NCBI GenBank assembly: GCA_913055945.1
Contig: CAJXKU010000003.1
Location: 1 to 34,048 of the forward strand
Direction of reading: 5' to 3'
From: an uncultured Lentisphaerota bacterium
GTDB lineage: Bacteria; Verrucomicrobiota; Lentisphaeria; Oligosphaerales; CAJXKU01
Length of the DNA stretch: 34,048 bases
Part shown: positions 1-9,760 of the stretch, one piece after another
Layout of the letters: every line of letters starts with the position of its first letter
Numbering within the stretch: position 1 is the stretch's first letter
Translations under genes and position numbers: made by a program
The notes under the pieces: generated by a model
Database searches by the model: none
What the model saw: only the letters and a program-made list of their open reading frames with translations
What the model was told of the DNA's origin: nothing

Positions 1-1
1 G

Positions 2-574
2 ATATTCCCCGTTCTTCTCAAGACCGCGGTATGGTTGCAGCAGCGTCATCCGGGCGTGCGCTTTGTGACGCCGTTGCCCTCGGAAGAGCTCAGAAATCTG
101 GCACAGAAACAGGTGGACAAGGGGGTTTATGGGCAGAGCCTGAACATAGACATTGTTCAGGGACAGGAGGCGAAATATTGGATGCAGAAAGCCTGCTGTG
201 GTATTGCAGCAAGCGGTACTGTGACGATGGAGGCAGCAATCCTGGGGTTACCTCTGGTGGTGGTTTATCGGGTGCATCCCGTCACGTATTTGCTTGGTCA
301 GTTGATGGTAGATGTGCCTTATGTAACAATCGTGAACCTTGTTGCAGAGAAAGTGATTTTTGAGGAATTTCTGCAGGGAGAGGCCCGGCCTGATAAGGTG
401 GGCACTGCACTGGAAGCCGTGTTCCCGGATGGGGAGCGACGTGCTGAAGTGGAAAAGGATATGCGGAATGTAATTGAAAAGCTTGGTGAGCGACAGAAGG
501 TTTGCGAGAATGTCGCACGGATAGTGATTGAAGAAGCAGACAACAGCGGTAGCGACGAAGAAGAGTCGCCGTGA
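2..574 (+). CDS. lpxB: Lipid-A-disaccharide synthase, C-terminal part (5' end lies before the window)
   Basis: Frame is open from base 2. Motifs ASGTVTMEAAILGLPLVVVY, YVTIVNLVA and EEFLQ match the LpxB C-terminal domain. Confidence 0.9.
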   Translation: MFPVLLKTAVWLQQRHPGVRFVTPLPSEELRNLAQKQVDKGVYGQSLNIDIVQGQEAKYWMQKACCGIAASGTVTMEAAILGLPLVVVYRVHPVTYLLGQLMVDVPYVTIVNLVAEKVIFEEFLQGEARPDKVGTALEAVFPDGERRAEVEKDMRNVIEKLGERQKVCENVARIVIEEADNSGSDEEESP

Positions 575-588
575 CTGGAGGTCAGACG

Positions 589-1326
589 ATGCGCGTGGCA
601 TTATGCGGTTGGAATCAGGAAGAGCTGAAGCAGACCCTGGCGGATTTTTCGTTTAAGGTGGTGGAGAAAAACCCCGAGGTGGTCATTTCGTATGGGGGGG
701 ACGGTGTTCTGCTCGGGGCTGAGCGGAAGTATCCGGGGGTGCCGAAGTGTCCCGTCAGGGACGCGAAGACACATCCCCAATGTGCTGATCACGACGAGCG
801 CAAAGTGTTGAGTCTGCTGAATGAGGACAAACTGAAAAAGACCACGGCAATGAAGCTTGAAGGGGAAAAAGCAGGGCACCATAATAAATTGTACGCGTTG
901 AATGATGTGGTTATAAACAAACAGATTATGACCAGTTGCGTGCGATATCGGATCTGGCTTGACGGGACCCCCTACGCAGACCAGATTGTGGGCGACGGCT
1001 TAGTGGTGGCTACCCCGTTCGGCAGTACCGCTTACTACAGGAGTATCACGCGAAGTCTTTTCCAGACAGGCATCGGGGTTGCCTTCAACAATTCGACGGA
1101 ACCGTTTGATCACCTTCTGATCTCGGAGGGGACTGAAATAACGGTAGAGATTATTCGGGGACCTGCTGTAGTCATGGCGGACAATGACCCGCAGCGGATT
1201 CCGCTGGAGGAGGGCGAGCAGGCGCATGTCCGGAAATCACCGCAGGGAACTGTGCTTCTGGGCATTGATATATTCCGTTGTCCCCTCTGCTCAAATCAGC
1301 GCCAGAATTCGTTTCCGATGTCGTGA
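589..1326 (+). CDS. nadK: NAD(+) kinase
   Basis: GGDG motif (SYGGDGVLL), LNDVVI and GDGLVVATPFGSTAY. ATG 589 has GGAGG at 577-581; GTG 571 is an alternative start. Confidence 0.88.
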   Translation: MRVALCGWNQEELKQTLADFSFKVVEKNPEVVISYGGDGVLLGAERKYPGVPKCPVRDAKTHPQCADHDERKVLSLLNEDKLKKTTAMKLEGEKAGHHNKLYALNDVVINKQIMTSCVRYRIWLDGTPYADQIVGDGLVVATPFGSTAYYRSITRSLFQTGIGVAFNNSTEPFDHLLISEGTEITVEIIRGPAVVMADNDPQRIPLEEGEQAHVRKSPQGTVLLGIDIFRCPLCSNQRQNSFPMS

Positions 1327-1378
1327 AAAACGGAAAAGCCAACGCAGCAGAGTTTGAGTGAATGAAGGAGGTGGAGCA

Positions 1379-2011
1379 ATGAACGTGCTGTTAGGCCTGA
1401 CAATCCTTATGGCTGCATACCTGGTGGGCAGCATCCCGTGCGGACTGCTTTTGTGTAAAGCAAAAGGGCTCGACATTCGGCGACATGGAAGCGGGAACAT
1501 AGGTGCCACAAACGTGCGAAGGGTGTTAGGGAAAAAGTGGGCTGTCGGTTGTTTCCTGTGTGATTTTGCGAAAGGTTTCGTCCCGGTGATGCTCACTGTT
1601 ATATTTGCAGGGAGAAGTTGGGCCGATTGGTTGCCTGTGCTGGTAGCCGTTGCGAGTATTGCGGGGCATGTCTGGCCGGTCTATTTACGGTTTCAGGGCG
1701 GGAAAGGAGTTGCCACGAGTGCCGGCGCACTTTGTCCCGTTGCCCCCTTGGCCATTATTGTTTGTATCATGGCGTGGGGCGTTGTGTTCGGCTTAACGCG
1801 CTACGTTTCCGTCGCAAGCTTGACGGCCGCTGTTGTTCTGCCGGTGACCGGGCTGATGTTGTATACTGCAGGCACAGGAACCGTGCGGGGGCCGGATGTA
1901 GTGCTTCTGGCAGTGGCAGGAGCGCTTGTCGTGTATCGCCATCAGTCGAATATTGCCAGGCTTGTGCGCGGCGAAGAGAATCGTTTTAGTTCTAAAGGAG
2001 GTTCGAATTGA
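1379..2011 (+). CDS. plsY: Glycerol-3-phosphate acyltransferase PlsY
   Basis: AYLVGSIP, DIRRHGSGNIGATNVRR, GHVWPVYLRFQGGKGVAT and RHQSNIARL motifs. AAGGAGG precedes ATG 1379. Confidence 0.95.
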   Translation: MNVLLGLTILMAAYLVGSIPCGLLLCKAKGLDIRRHGSGNIGATNVRRVLGKKWAVGCFLCDFAKGFVPVMLTVIFAGRSWADWLPVLVAVASIAGHVWPVYLRFQGGKGVATSAGALCPVAPLAIIVCIMAWGVVFGLTRYVSVASLTAAVVLPVTGLMLYTAGTGTVRGPDVVLLAVAGALVVYRHQSNIARLVRGEENRFSSKGGSN

Positions 2012-3027
2012 AAACAGCGGTTATCGGTGACGGCGCTTGGGGTACGGCATTGGCTTTGGTCCTCTGCCGGAACGGACATGACGTTTATCTGTGGGGCCCC
2101 TTCCCGGAGTACATAGAGCAGATGTCCGATACCCGGGAGAATGGTCAATTTCTGCCGGGCGTGCGGATTCCGGAAGAGATCCGGCTGACCTCCGATCTAC
2201 GGCAAGCCGTTCAAGGGGCGGGGCTGCTCGTTTTGGCGACACCCTCGCAGTTTATGCGCAACGTCTTAAAGAAGTTGGGGGAAACTGAGCGGACGCCGGA
2301 TGCGATTTACCTGAATGTGGCGAAAGGTTTGGAGCTTGAAACGGGGCTTAGAATGGGGCAGCTTGTTGACGCTGAGTTGGGCGATGTTCCCTACGGAGTA
2401 TTATCCGGTCCCAGCCACGCGGAAGAAGTGGCCGAGGCTGTACCCACCGCCGTTGTAGCGGCATCGGCTGATAAAGAACTGCGCGAGAAAGTGCAGTCAT
2501 GGTTCGGCAATGAAACCTTCCGGGTGTACACGTGTGACGATACGGTGGGGGCGGAACTGGGCGGAGCCCTTAAAAACGTTCTGGCGATCGGTGTGGGCTT
2601 TTGTGACGGAATGGGGCTGGGCGATAATCCCAAAGCAGCATTGATTACCAGAGGCATCGCCGAGATGGCTAGATTGGGCCAGGCGGTGGGAGGACGAGCG
2701 GAAACCTTTGCCGGTTTGAGCGGCATTGGGGACTTGGTTGTGACCTGTATGAGTGAACACAGCCGCAACAGGTACGTGGGGCGCGAATTGGGACGCGGTC
2801 GCTCGGCTGAAGATATACAGAAAACGATGGGCAATACGGTGGCTGAAGGCGTAAAAACAGCTGCCAGCGCCAGATCCTTTGCTCAGCAATACAGCGTGGA
2901 TGCGCCCATTACAAATGCCGTGTATGAAAAACTTTACGAAGGCAAGACCTGCCAGGCGGTTATTGAGGAGTTGATGACACGGAAACCGAAACCCGAACAT
3001 TACGGAGAAGAAGGATGGATGCCATAA
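2008..3027 (+). CDS. gpsA: NAD(P)H-dependent glycerol-3-phosphate dehydrogenase
   Basis: GDGAWGTALA, SGPSHAEEV, GGALKNVLAI, GIGDLVVTC and SRN motifs. TTG start overlaps the plsY stop and has a strong AAAGGAGG RBS. Confidence 0.95.
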   Translation: MKTAVIGDGAWGTALALVLCRNGHDVYLWGPFPEYIEQMSDTRENGQFLPGVRIPEEIRLTSDLRQAVQGAGLLVLATPSQFMRNVLKKLGETERTPDAIYLNVAKGLELETGLRMGQLVDAELGDVPYGVLSGPSHAEEVAEAVPTAVVAASADKELREKVQSWFGNETFRVYTCDDTVGAELGGALKNVLAIGVGFCDGMGLGDNPKAALITRGIAEMARLGQAVGGRAETFAGLSGIGDLVVTCMSEHSRNRYVGRELGRGRSAEDIQKTMGNTVAEGVKTAASARSFAQQYSVDAPITNAVYEKLYEGKTCQAVIEELMTRKPKPEHYGEEGWMP

Positions 3028-3800
3028 ACCTTACATCCGCGCGTATACGAAGTGTCCCGGGCACTGTATGTATCCTGATCGTCGTCGGCTTTGCGATGAA
3101 TGCGTTGAGTCAACCTCAGCAGCCGGATCGTTCCGTGGAGAGTGCAGAAAAGCCGGAAAAAGAGCGGTTGAAAAAACGGTATCTGGAAGATGCGGACGTG
3201 GAGATCGAGCGCCTTGAAAGTGGAAAAGTGAAGTTGGGGAACATAAAAATTGCCCCCGGGAAGAAACGTATTACGTTTCCCGCACAGATCAATCAGGTCC
3301 GGGGACCCATCGAGTGTTTGATCGTCACTGAAGAAGGTCGTGTGCACGAGAGTGTACTGCGCACGAAGATTCGGCCTTTGCACCTGCAGTTGGCTCTGTA
3401 TCTGCTGGGGCTGGACAACGGCACGCGCCTTCCGGCAGAAGAACATAAAGGCACACAGGGCGATTTGGTCAATCTGGACATCCTCTGGCAAACGGAGGAA
3501 GGTGAACCTCGGAGTCTTCCGATCGAACGTTGGGTTCTGGATACACGCACCGAAAAAAGAATGGAGTGCATCGGATGGGTATTTGTGGGATCCCCTGTAG
3601 TAGAAGGGACGTTTTTGGCGGATCGGCAGGGCAACGTTGCTCTCGTGTGGTCCGTCGGTGCGACTGTTTTGGATATCCCTGATCCCGAAAGTGACAACGA
3701 CATGGTGTTTGAAGCGAAGGCCCCGGCAAAGGGGCCGGATGAAATTGGCCGGGAAATTCAGGTACGAGTTACACCTGTCAAGGAAAACAATTCTGAATAG
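3015..3800 (+). CDS. Exported protein of unknown function, YdjY-domain-like
   Basis: N-terminal hydrophobic segment; IECLIVTEEGRVHESVL, PLHLQLALYLLG and WVFVGS resemble YdjY-domain proteins. Fills the gap between gpsA and murA. Confidence 0.6.
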   Translation: MDAINLTSARIRSVPGTVCILIVVGFAMNALSQPQQPDRSVESAEKPEKERLKKRYLEDADVEIERLESGKVKLGNIKIAPGKKRITFPAQINQVRGPIECLIVTEEGRVHESVLRTKIRPLHLQLALYLLGLDNGTRLPAEEHKGTQGDLVNLDILWQTEEGEPRSLPIERWVLDTRTEKRMECIGWVFVGSPVVEGTFLADRQGNVALVWSVGATVLDIPDPESDNDMVFEAKAPAKGPDEIGREIQVRVTPVKENNSE

Positions 3801-3814
3801 GAGATCGCACGGTT

Positions 3815-5107
3815 ATGAGCGTGCTTGAAATCGAAGGCGGTGTTCCTCTGTCCGGCGAAATGGATGTCCGGGGGAGTAAGAACGCCGTCCTGCCCATGAT
3901 TGCAGCCAGTCTTTTGACCACCGATGAAGTGGTCCTGGAAAATATCCCGGATATTCGGGATGTTCGGACGATGGTCCGGATCGTGTCAGCTTTGGGCGTG
4001 GAAACCGATTGGCAGGTCGAACAGAGGCGATTATCTATTTGTGCAGGGACAGTTGCAGAGCATAGGCTGCCGCCCAAGGCCTGTTCCGAAATGCGGGCGA
4101 GTATCCTGCTTCTTGCACCGTTGCTCTACCGGATGGGGTGTGCAGAGATGAGTCCGCCCGGGGGCGACGTTATAGGTGTCAGAGGGGTGGATACGCATTT
4201 TTACGGTCTGGAAAAACTGGGGGCAGAAATACAGATGGGGCGGACGTTTTTTCTGAAGCTCCATCATGCGCTGCAGGGAAATGATCTCTTCCTGTCGGAG
4301 GCAAGTGTGACCGCCACTGAGCAGTTGCTTATGGCCGCATGCGCGGCGGAGGGACGGACAATTATACGGAACGCCGCATGTGAACCGCACGTTTCTGACC
4401 TCGCCGTCCTGTTGCAGAAAATGGGCGCCGATATCAAAGGGGTGGGGTCCAATGTCCTGGAAGTGCAAGGAGGAAAACAGCTGCAGGGCGCTACACACCG
4501 CGTGGTATCGGATCACACCGAAGCGGGAAGTTTCCTCGCAATCGCTGCGGCCACGGGAGGAAATCTGACGGTGAGAGGCATAGACCGACCGCATTATTGG
4601 ATGATCCGTCGTGTATTCGAGACGCTGGGCATATGGATTGAGTTGGAGGGCGATGAAGCTCGCGTCGCACAGGAACAGCAGCGCCGGGTTCAGCCTACCT
4701 ACAGTGGGGGGATTCCTTGTATCGATGATGGTGTATGGCCGCATTTTCCTTCGGACTTGATGAGTATGGCCATTCTCCTTGCCACTCAGGTGCACGGCAC
4801 CGTCCTGTTTTTTGAAAAGCTGTACGAGAGCCGGATGTATTTCGTGGACAGACTTAACACCATGGGCGCGAATACGGTGGTGTGTGACCCGCACCGCGTC
4901 GTTGTTTGCGGCCCTTCACAGCTGTACGGAATTGAATTGGCAAGTCCGGATATTCGGGCGGGGGTGGCTTTGGTAGGAGCGGCTTTATGTGCCTCCGGTA
5001 TCAGCACAATCCGCAACGTGGAGTGTATTGACCGAGGGTATGAGGACATTGCAGAACGGCTTAAGCATCTGGGCGCCCGGGTGGCGCGGCATTCAGATCA
5101 GATGTAA
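3815..5107 (+). CDS. murA: UDP-N-acetylglucosamine 1-carboxyvinyltransferase (Asp at the catalytic Cys position)
   Basis: GSKNAVLP, MRASILL, PGGDVIGVR, SVTATE, NAACEPHV and PDIRAG motifs. Confidence 0.95.
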   Translation: MSVLEIEGGVPLSGEMDVRGSKNAVLPMIAASLLTTDEVVLENIPDIRDVRTMVRIVSALGVETDWQVEQRRLSICAGTVAEHRLPPKACSEMRASILLLAPLLYRMGCAEMSPPGGDVIGVRGVDTHFYGLEKLGAEIQMGRTFFLKLHHALQGNDLFLSEASVTATEQLLMAACAAEGRTIIRNAACEPHVSDLAVLLQKMGADIKGVGSNVLEVQGGKQLQGATHRVVSDHTEAGSFLAIAAATGGNLTVRGIDRPHYWMIRRVFETLGIWIELEGDEARVAQEQQRRVQPTYSGGIPCIDDGVWPHFPSDLMSMAILLATQVHGTVLFFEKLYESRMYFVDRLNTMGANTVVCDPHRVVVCGPSQLYGIELASPDIRAGVALVGAALCASGISTIRNVECIDRGYEDIAERLKHLGARVARHSDQM

Positions 5108-5147
5108 TAGCGAGTGAACATTTTTCCCGAAAATTGGCAATTGGCGA

Positions 5148-6947
5148 ATGGGGTCGGACGAAACTTCATACGAAGAGATACGTAAGCGGCTGAGTCGGGT
5201 GGGCTGCAAACCGATATGGATTGCCGTGGCGTTTGTTGTCGCCTTCTTCCTGTACTTGGGTAGACGTGAGTTTTCGACCGAAGAAGCTTTGTTGGTGACA
5301 GCAGCCCGCGAGATTCTCCGCAACGGTGAATGGCTGCAGTTCACGGTGCTGAATCAGTCGGTGGATTTATTTCCCCTTCCGGTATGGCTGACTCAGGCCG
5401 GGCTTTTATTGAAGAAAATGATCGAGCCGGCGATTGAGGGAGTATTCTCTTACGCTTCTTTTGTGAATCATCTGGTGGCCGGTTCAGGAACAACCGTTTT
5501 CCTGGAGCGTTGCGTGCGCCTGACGTCGGTGATAGCTGTGGGGGTAATGGTTTTATTCACCGGATTGGCAACCAGAAAGAGAGTGGGGGCACTGGCGGGA
5601 GCTGTCGCGGCAATGGCGGTGTGTACGAATCCGCTGGTGTTGCAATATGGTTCAAAGGCTTCAGGGGAAGGTATATTCGCTGCATTGATATGCGGCGCCT
5701 GGTTCTGCCTGTATTGGCGGGGACGGCTCGGCAAACGTTGGAATCAGGCGTGGGCACTTGCTATCCTTCTCACGACAATTGCAGCAGCGGTGCAGGGGTT
5801 CATTGCGTTTGTATACTTTTATGTGCCCCTGCTTTTTCTGCCGCGTGCGCTGGGCATCAGGCGTAGGATGTTAACGCCGCGACACCTGGTCAGTATCGGA
5901 GGGGTACTGGCGCTTGCGTCCGTGGGGTACGGCTTGTTTTTTGAACATAGGTTCTTTCCCTGGGTCGGGTTGAACTTTGTCGTATTCGGCGGCGAGGGAG
6001 GGGAGCTATGGCAGCACTACCTTTTGTTCCCCCTGAAAGCCGGGGCCGCGCTTCTGCCCTGGAGCCTGCTTTTGTGGCCCGCGTTCTGTGTGGCTTATGA
6101 TCCGCTGGACAAAGCTCCGGATTTGTCAAGATATCTGAGGCGAATTGTGGTCGTGTTGTTTGTTTTCTGCTGGCTGGTGCCGCATGCCGGGGTGCAGAGC
6201 CTGCTGGTACTGACAGCGCCGGCAGCGGTTCTTGTGGGATTGCACTTTGAAATTCTGGTCAGACGGTACACTCATGTGTTTCGATGCATCATTCATGGGG
6301 TGGCCAGGAGTATTTCCATCGTAGCGGCCGTCTGTGGTGTGTTTGTGTTATTGCGGATAAGCGATGTTGTTCAGGTGGGGGATACGAAGCTGAGTGTCTG
6401 GTTGGGGTTGCTTTTGGCGGTGATCATTGCATTCACGTTAAGCCGGATGAGTCTGCAAAAGTGGTGGGAACCGCACTACTGGGTGCATGTAGGGCTGCTT
6501 GTTGTGGCGGGCTGGGTCCTGTGGTTGGGGGTTCTGCCCTTGGTCCGGCCCTTCAGAGAGATTTCTGCGGAAAAGCAGGCGACACGGCTTGTTCGACAGG
6601 TCCCTGAAGGGCAGACCGTCTATTCTACGACCGGAAAGGCCCTGGTAAGGCATGCTGCGTATATGCCGCAGTTGGTGCGTATGGTTGCTTCACCGGAGGA
6701 AATACCGGAAGAAAGAGGCCTGGTGTATGTCCTGGGTGGAGAAGACCCGCCTATCGCTGAAGAAAGAAGTTGGAGTGCAGTGAGTCTGCCGGTGGTGCTC
6801 AATCCGCAGATCGAGCCGCGGGTCCGCCTCCGCAGTGATACACCGTACGCGGTCAGTTTCGTCCCGCACTTCGCAGAAAGAGAAAAAGACGCCTCTGCTT
6901 CCGTGGTGCGCATGTATAAAGGTGTGTTGAAGTCCGGTGTTGACTGA
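5148..6947 (+). CDS. ArnT/PMT-like (GT-C fold) polytopic membrane glycosyltransferase
   Basis: Many TM segments. EEALLVTAAREILRNGEW and FPLPVW resemble the ArnT N-terminal motifs, LLPWSLLL is also present, and the C-terminal domain is soluble. Divergent. Confidence 0.65.
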   Translation: MGSDETSYEEIRKRLSRVGCKPIWIAVAFVVAFFLYLGRREFSTEEALLVTAAREILRNGEWLQFTVLNQSVDLFPLPVWLTQAGLLLKKMIEPAIEGVFSYASFVNHLVAGSGTTVFLERCVRLTSVIAVGVMVLFTGLATRKRVGALAGAVAAMAVCTNPLVLQYGSKASGEGIFAALICGAWFCLYWRGRLGKRWNQAWALAILLTTIAAAVQGFIAFVYFYVPLLFLPRALGIRRRMLTPRHLVSIGGVLALASVGYGLFFEHRFFPWVGLNFVVFGGEGGELWQHYLLFPLKAGAALLPWSLLLWPAFCVAYDPLDKAPDLSRYLRRIVVVLFVFCWLVPHAGVQSLLVLTAPAAVLVGLHFEILVRRYTHVFRCIIHGVARSISIVAAVCGVFVLLRISDVVQVGDTKLSVWLGLLLAVIIAFTLSRMSLQKWWEPHYWVHVGLLVVAGWVLWLGVLPLVRPFREISAEKQATRLVRQVPEGQTVYSTTGKALVRHAAYMPQLVRMVASPEEIPEERGLVYVLGGEDPPIAEERSWSAVSLPVVLNPQIEPRVRLRSDTPYAVSFVPHFAEREKDASASVVRMYKGVLKSGVD

Positions 6948-6950
6948 GGT

Positions 6951-7169
6951 GCAGAACTCAAGCACGTACTGCGGTTTTGATGACAACCAGAACGCCTGAG
7001 CGGTACCATTGTATGGGCAGGGACGTCCTCGTCCGTTTCTATACCGCGTTCATAACGGCGGCGGACCGCCGTCCCCAGCAGAGAACTGCCTTTACTTCAG
7101 GCGTTCCGGTTGTCCGTCAGCGTGAGTTCTGTGGTGCACTGCGTTATGTTATGCATGATCCTAAATTTC
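6951..7169. repeat. Element E copy 1 (about 182-bp long-hairpin element plus 3' tail)
   Basis: Left arm GCAGAACTCAAGC...TGATGACAACCAGAACGCCTGA pairs with right arm TCAGGCGTTCCGGTTGTCCGTCAGCGTGAGTTCTGT (to 7132). Homologous to 25731-25940. Confidence 0.8.
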
Positions 7170-7190
7170 AGGATGATGGGAGGCTGAATG

Positions 7191-9440
7191 TCAATTCAGT
7201 CTCTCAGCCTTCCGGCGATAGCGTTGGGCATCCGTTCCGCGGCCCATCTCTTCCAGCAGTGAAGCCATTTCGCTGTGCAGGTGACGGCTCGTGGGGGAGA
7301 AGTTTATCGCTTTCTTCATATAGTCGAAGCTTTTGTCGAAAAGTTCGGTCCTGAAGGAAGAGGAAATCTCGTTTTTGTTGGCACGCAGGCGGTAAAGTGT
7401 AGCGATCATATAATAGGGATTGCTGGAATTGGGTCTCAGTTCGGCAAGTTGCTTATGACTGTTGAGCGCGGCACGCCATAACCTTGGCTCTCCGGTTTCT
7501 GCCCAGAGCGTCCGCTGAATTTTCCCGGCGGCCGACCACAATTCCGGCGCTGCGGGATCGTTCTCCAGCCGCTCTGCGATGCGGCGCTGGAGCGTTTGCC
7601 CTAACGGCCGGCGAAGTTGCTTTAATCTGCGAAGATCGGACGTTTGTTGTGCGGTCTGCGTTTGCTTTGCCTTCAGGTTTTTGTATTTGCGTAACTGCAT
7701 AAGCGCGTCTTCTGCCAAACGGCGGCTCGTATAGGCAGGTTTTACCCAGAACACACCCGCCGTTATCAGCACACCGGCTACAACAAGGCCGATAACAGTG
7801 CGTGTGATCTGCAGGTTTCCGCGAACGGGCGGGGAAGGGGGTTCATGTTCTTCTTTCCGTAATCCGAAGAAGATGATGATAAATGCCGGCAAAGACACTG
7901 CAATGCCCGGCACTTCCCAGTCTATATCAACAAGAAAGTGCACGAGGAATACAACAATACCGCACAAAATGCCGCGTTGAGTGTGGGGCAGACGGGGCAT
8001 AAGCTGTGGTGAATGCTTCGGGCGGTATAAGAGGCGGAAGTTGAATGCAGCCACGAGTGGGGGTACCACTGTCCAGAACACTAGAGTCGGCGCGTTTTCT
8101 GCAGAAAAGCCGGTACGTAGGGTGCTGATGATCACAGCGGCTGATACAGTCGCTGAGTACGCGAAGATCATTTTTCTTTCGAACAGCGGATCGCTTTTTT
8201 CTACCGAAGATTTTTTTCCTTCGGGCGGACTGGAAGGCTGACGCACTCGTCGATAAAAACCGAACAGCCCGCAGATAAAAGACACCAGCCCCACGAGGCC
8301 GCACGTGACCCAGATATTCAGGTAACTGTTATGCGGTGCTCCTACCGGCCGGGCGTACGCGGGCTTGAGGTGGTGGTACCATTGTTTGAAGTTCCCAGGC
8401 CCGACGCCCAACAGGGTGTGTTTCGGGTTGTGGGTGATTACATTGAACGTGCCGTGCCAGTATCCGAGGCGATACTCCATAGAAGTCAGCGGTCCGACGG
8501 GGAGTATGCTGGTGAAGCTGATCGTGGAGCCTGCGACGCTTATCAGTAAGGCGCCCGTGAGGAAAAGAAGCCGGTACCGATGCCAAATGCGCGGGCGGTG
8601 CATCAGCCACATAGCAATCAAACCGCACACTAAAGCCACCCCCGCGCCTTTGCTGGCGGTCAGAATCAGGTCGATGGCGGCGATCGTCAGCAGGCCCGCC
8701 AGGATAAACATGGACAGGAGCGTACGACGAGGGAGCTGGCGAGCTCGTGAAAGGCCGCGCGCCTTCAGAATGTCAAGGATCAGGCCTATGATAAGGGGGA
8801 TGAAGGCGGCGAGATAGCCTGCATAGGCATTGGGGAGTGTGAAGGTGCCGAAAAGGTTACGGGCATGAGCCCTGCCCATAAAACGGTCAAATTGGCCGCC
8901 GGGGACGTCAAGAAGGTTTCGTACAGTTTGGGGGTGCTGATTGAGGTTTTCCAGCATGCGGGGGAAGATGTACAGATATTGGAAAAGGCCGTACAGAATC
9001 GCGCAGGCGGCTGCTGTCATAAGCAGGCTGAACAGCAGTCGGACAATACACCGAAGCTGCGAAGTTTCACGAGGGATGGTGAACGTAAAAACAAAGAAAG
9101 GGATAAGCGGAAGGAGGCGCCTGCATCCGTCCAAAAGCGCGTCACGTTCGGCTTCGGCTCCTGCGGCACTTGCCCATAGAGCAAGCGCATATGCCGCAAG
9201 TGCGAATATCATTCCGCTGTTCAGAATCTGGAAACACACGCGCCCGCGGAGAGGATGCTGGAGGGCAAAAACGAGCGCCGCGGATCCGGCTGCAAGCAGG
9301 CCCGTAATCTGTAAAAGTTGTTGCAGGCTTGGCATCAGGGCCGTGTATGGGGCCAGCGGCAGAATAAGTATTAAAAGCCCGGTCAATGCAAAAGTGGCGG
9401 CGTGAAGTGTGTCGAATAACCGTTGTCGTTCTGATTGCAT
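7191..9440 (-). CDS. O-antigen ligase (Wzy_C) family membrane protein with TPR-like C-terminus
   Basis: GTFTLPNAYAGYL, LTASKGA, RLGYW, LLGVGPGNF and PHNSYLNIW motifs; helical C-terminal domain. Confidence 0.82.
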   Translation of the reverse strand: MQSERQRLFDTLHAATFALTGLLILILPLAPYTALMPSLQQLLQITGLLAAGSAALVFALQHPLRGRVCFQILNSGMIFALAAYALALWASAAGAEAERDALLDGCRRLLPLIPFFVFTFTIPRETSQLRCIVRLLFSLLMTAAACAILYGLFQYLYIFPRMLENLNQHPQTVRNLLDVPGGQFDRFMGRAHARNLFGTFTLPNAYAGYLAAFIPLIIGLILDILKARGLSRARQLPRRTLLSMFILAGLLTIAAIDLILTASKGAGVALVCGLIAMWLMHRPRIWHRYRLLFLTGALLISVAGSTISFTSILPVGPLTSMEYRLGYWHGTFNVITHNPKHTLLGVGPGNFKQWYHHLKPAYARPVGAPHNSYLNIWVTCGLVGLVSFICGLFGFYRRVRQPSSPPEGKKSSVEKSDPLFERKMIFAYSATVSAAVIISTLRTGFSAENAPTLVFWTVVPPLVAAFNFRLLYRPKHSPQLMPRLPHTQRGILCGIVVFLVHFLVDIDWEVPGIAVSLPAFIIIFFGLRKEEHEPPSPPVRGNLQITRTVIGLVVAGVLITAGVFWVKPAYTSRRLAEDALMQLRKYKNLKAKQTQTAQQTSDLRRLKQLRRPLGQTLQRRIAERLENDPAAPELWSAAGKIQRTLWAETGEPRLWRAALNSHKQLAELRPNSSNPYYMIATLYRLRANKNEISSSFRTELFDKSFDYMKKAINFSPTSRHLHSEMASLLEEMGRGTDAQRYRRKAERLN

Positions 9441-9760
9441 GGAGGATGTATGTTTACTTGTTTAGTTGTTGACCCCGGCTTAACATGTGCAGTCGTAAAA
9501 GCCAAAAAAATGTTGTTGATTTTTAGGTAAGATGGTATTCAATTTACAGTTTCGTCTTGTTACGTTGTATATGCAGTCATAAACCGAATACGAAGTATAA
9601 TGTAAGGCTTTGTTCAAAACTTTGCCTTCTACGTTGTGCAAGGTGTAACACCTTTCCGGTCCAGGGTATCCGGTATAGTGGTGACGGACGGAACTGCGCA
9701 TGACATACAATCCGGATGTGGTGAGCGCTGTGAAAGACAAAATAAGGGCTTTGGTGAAAA

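Noticed and set aside
6977-7354. 125-aa ORF between the ArnT-like and ligase genes; also ORFs 11636-12013, 19434-19898 and 19731-20216
   Set aside because: They run through repeat elements and/or overlap real genes, and show no protein-like motifs.
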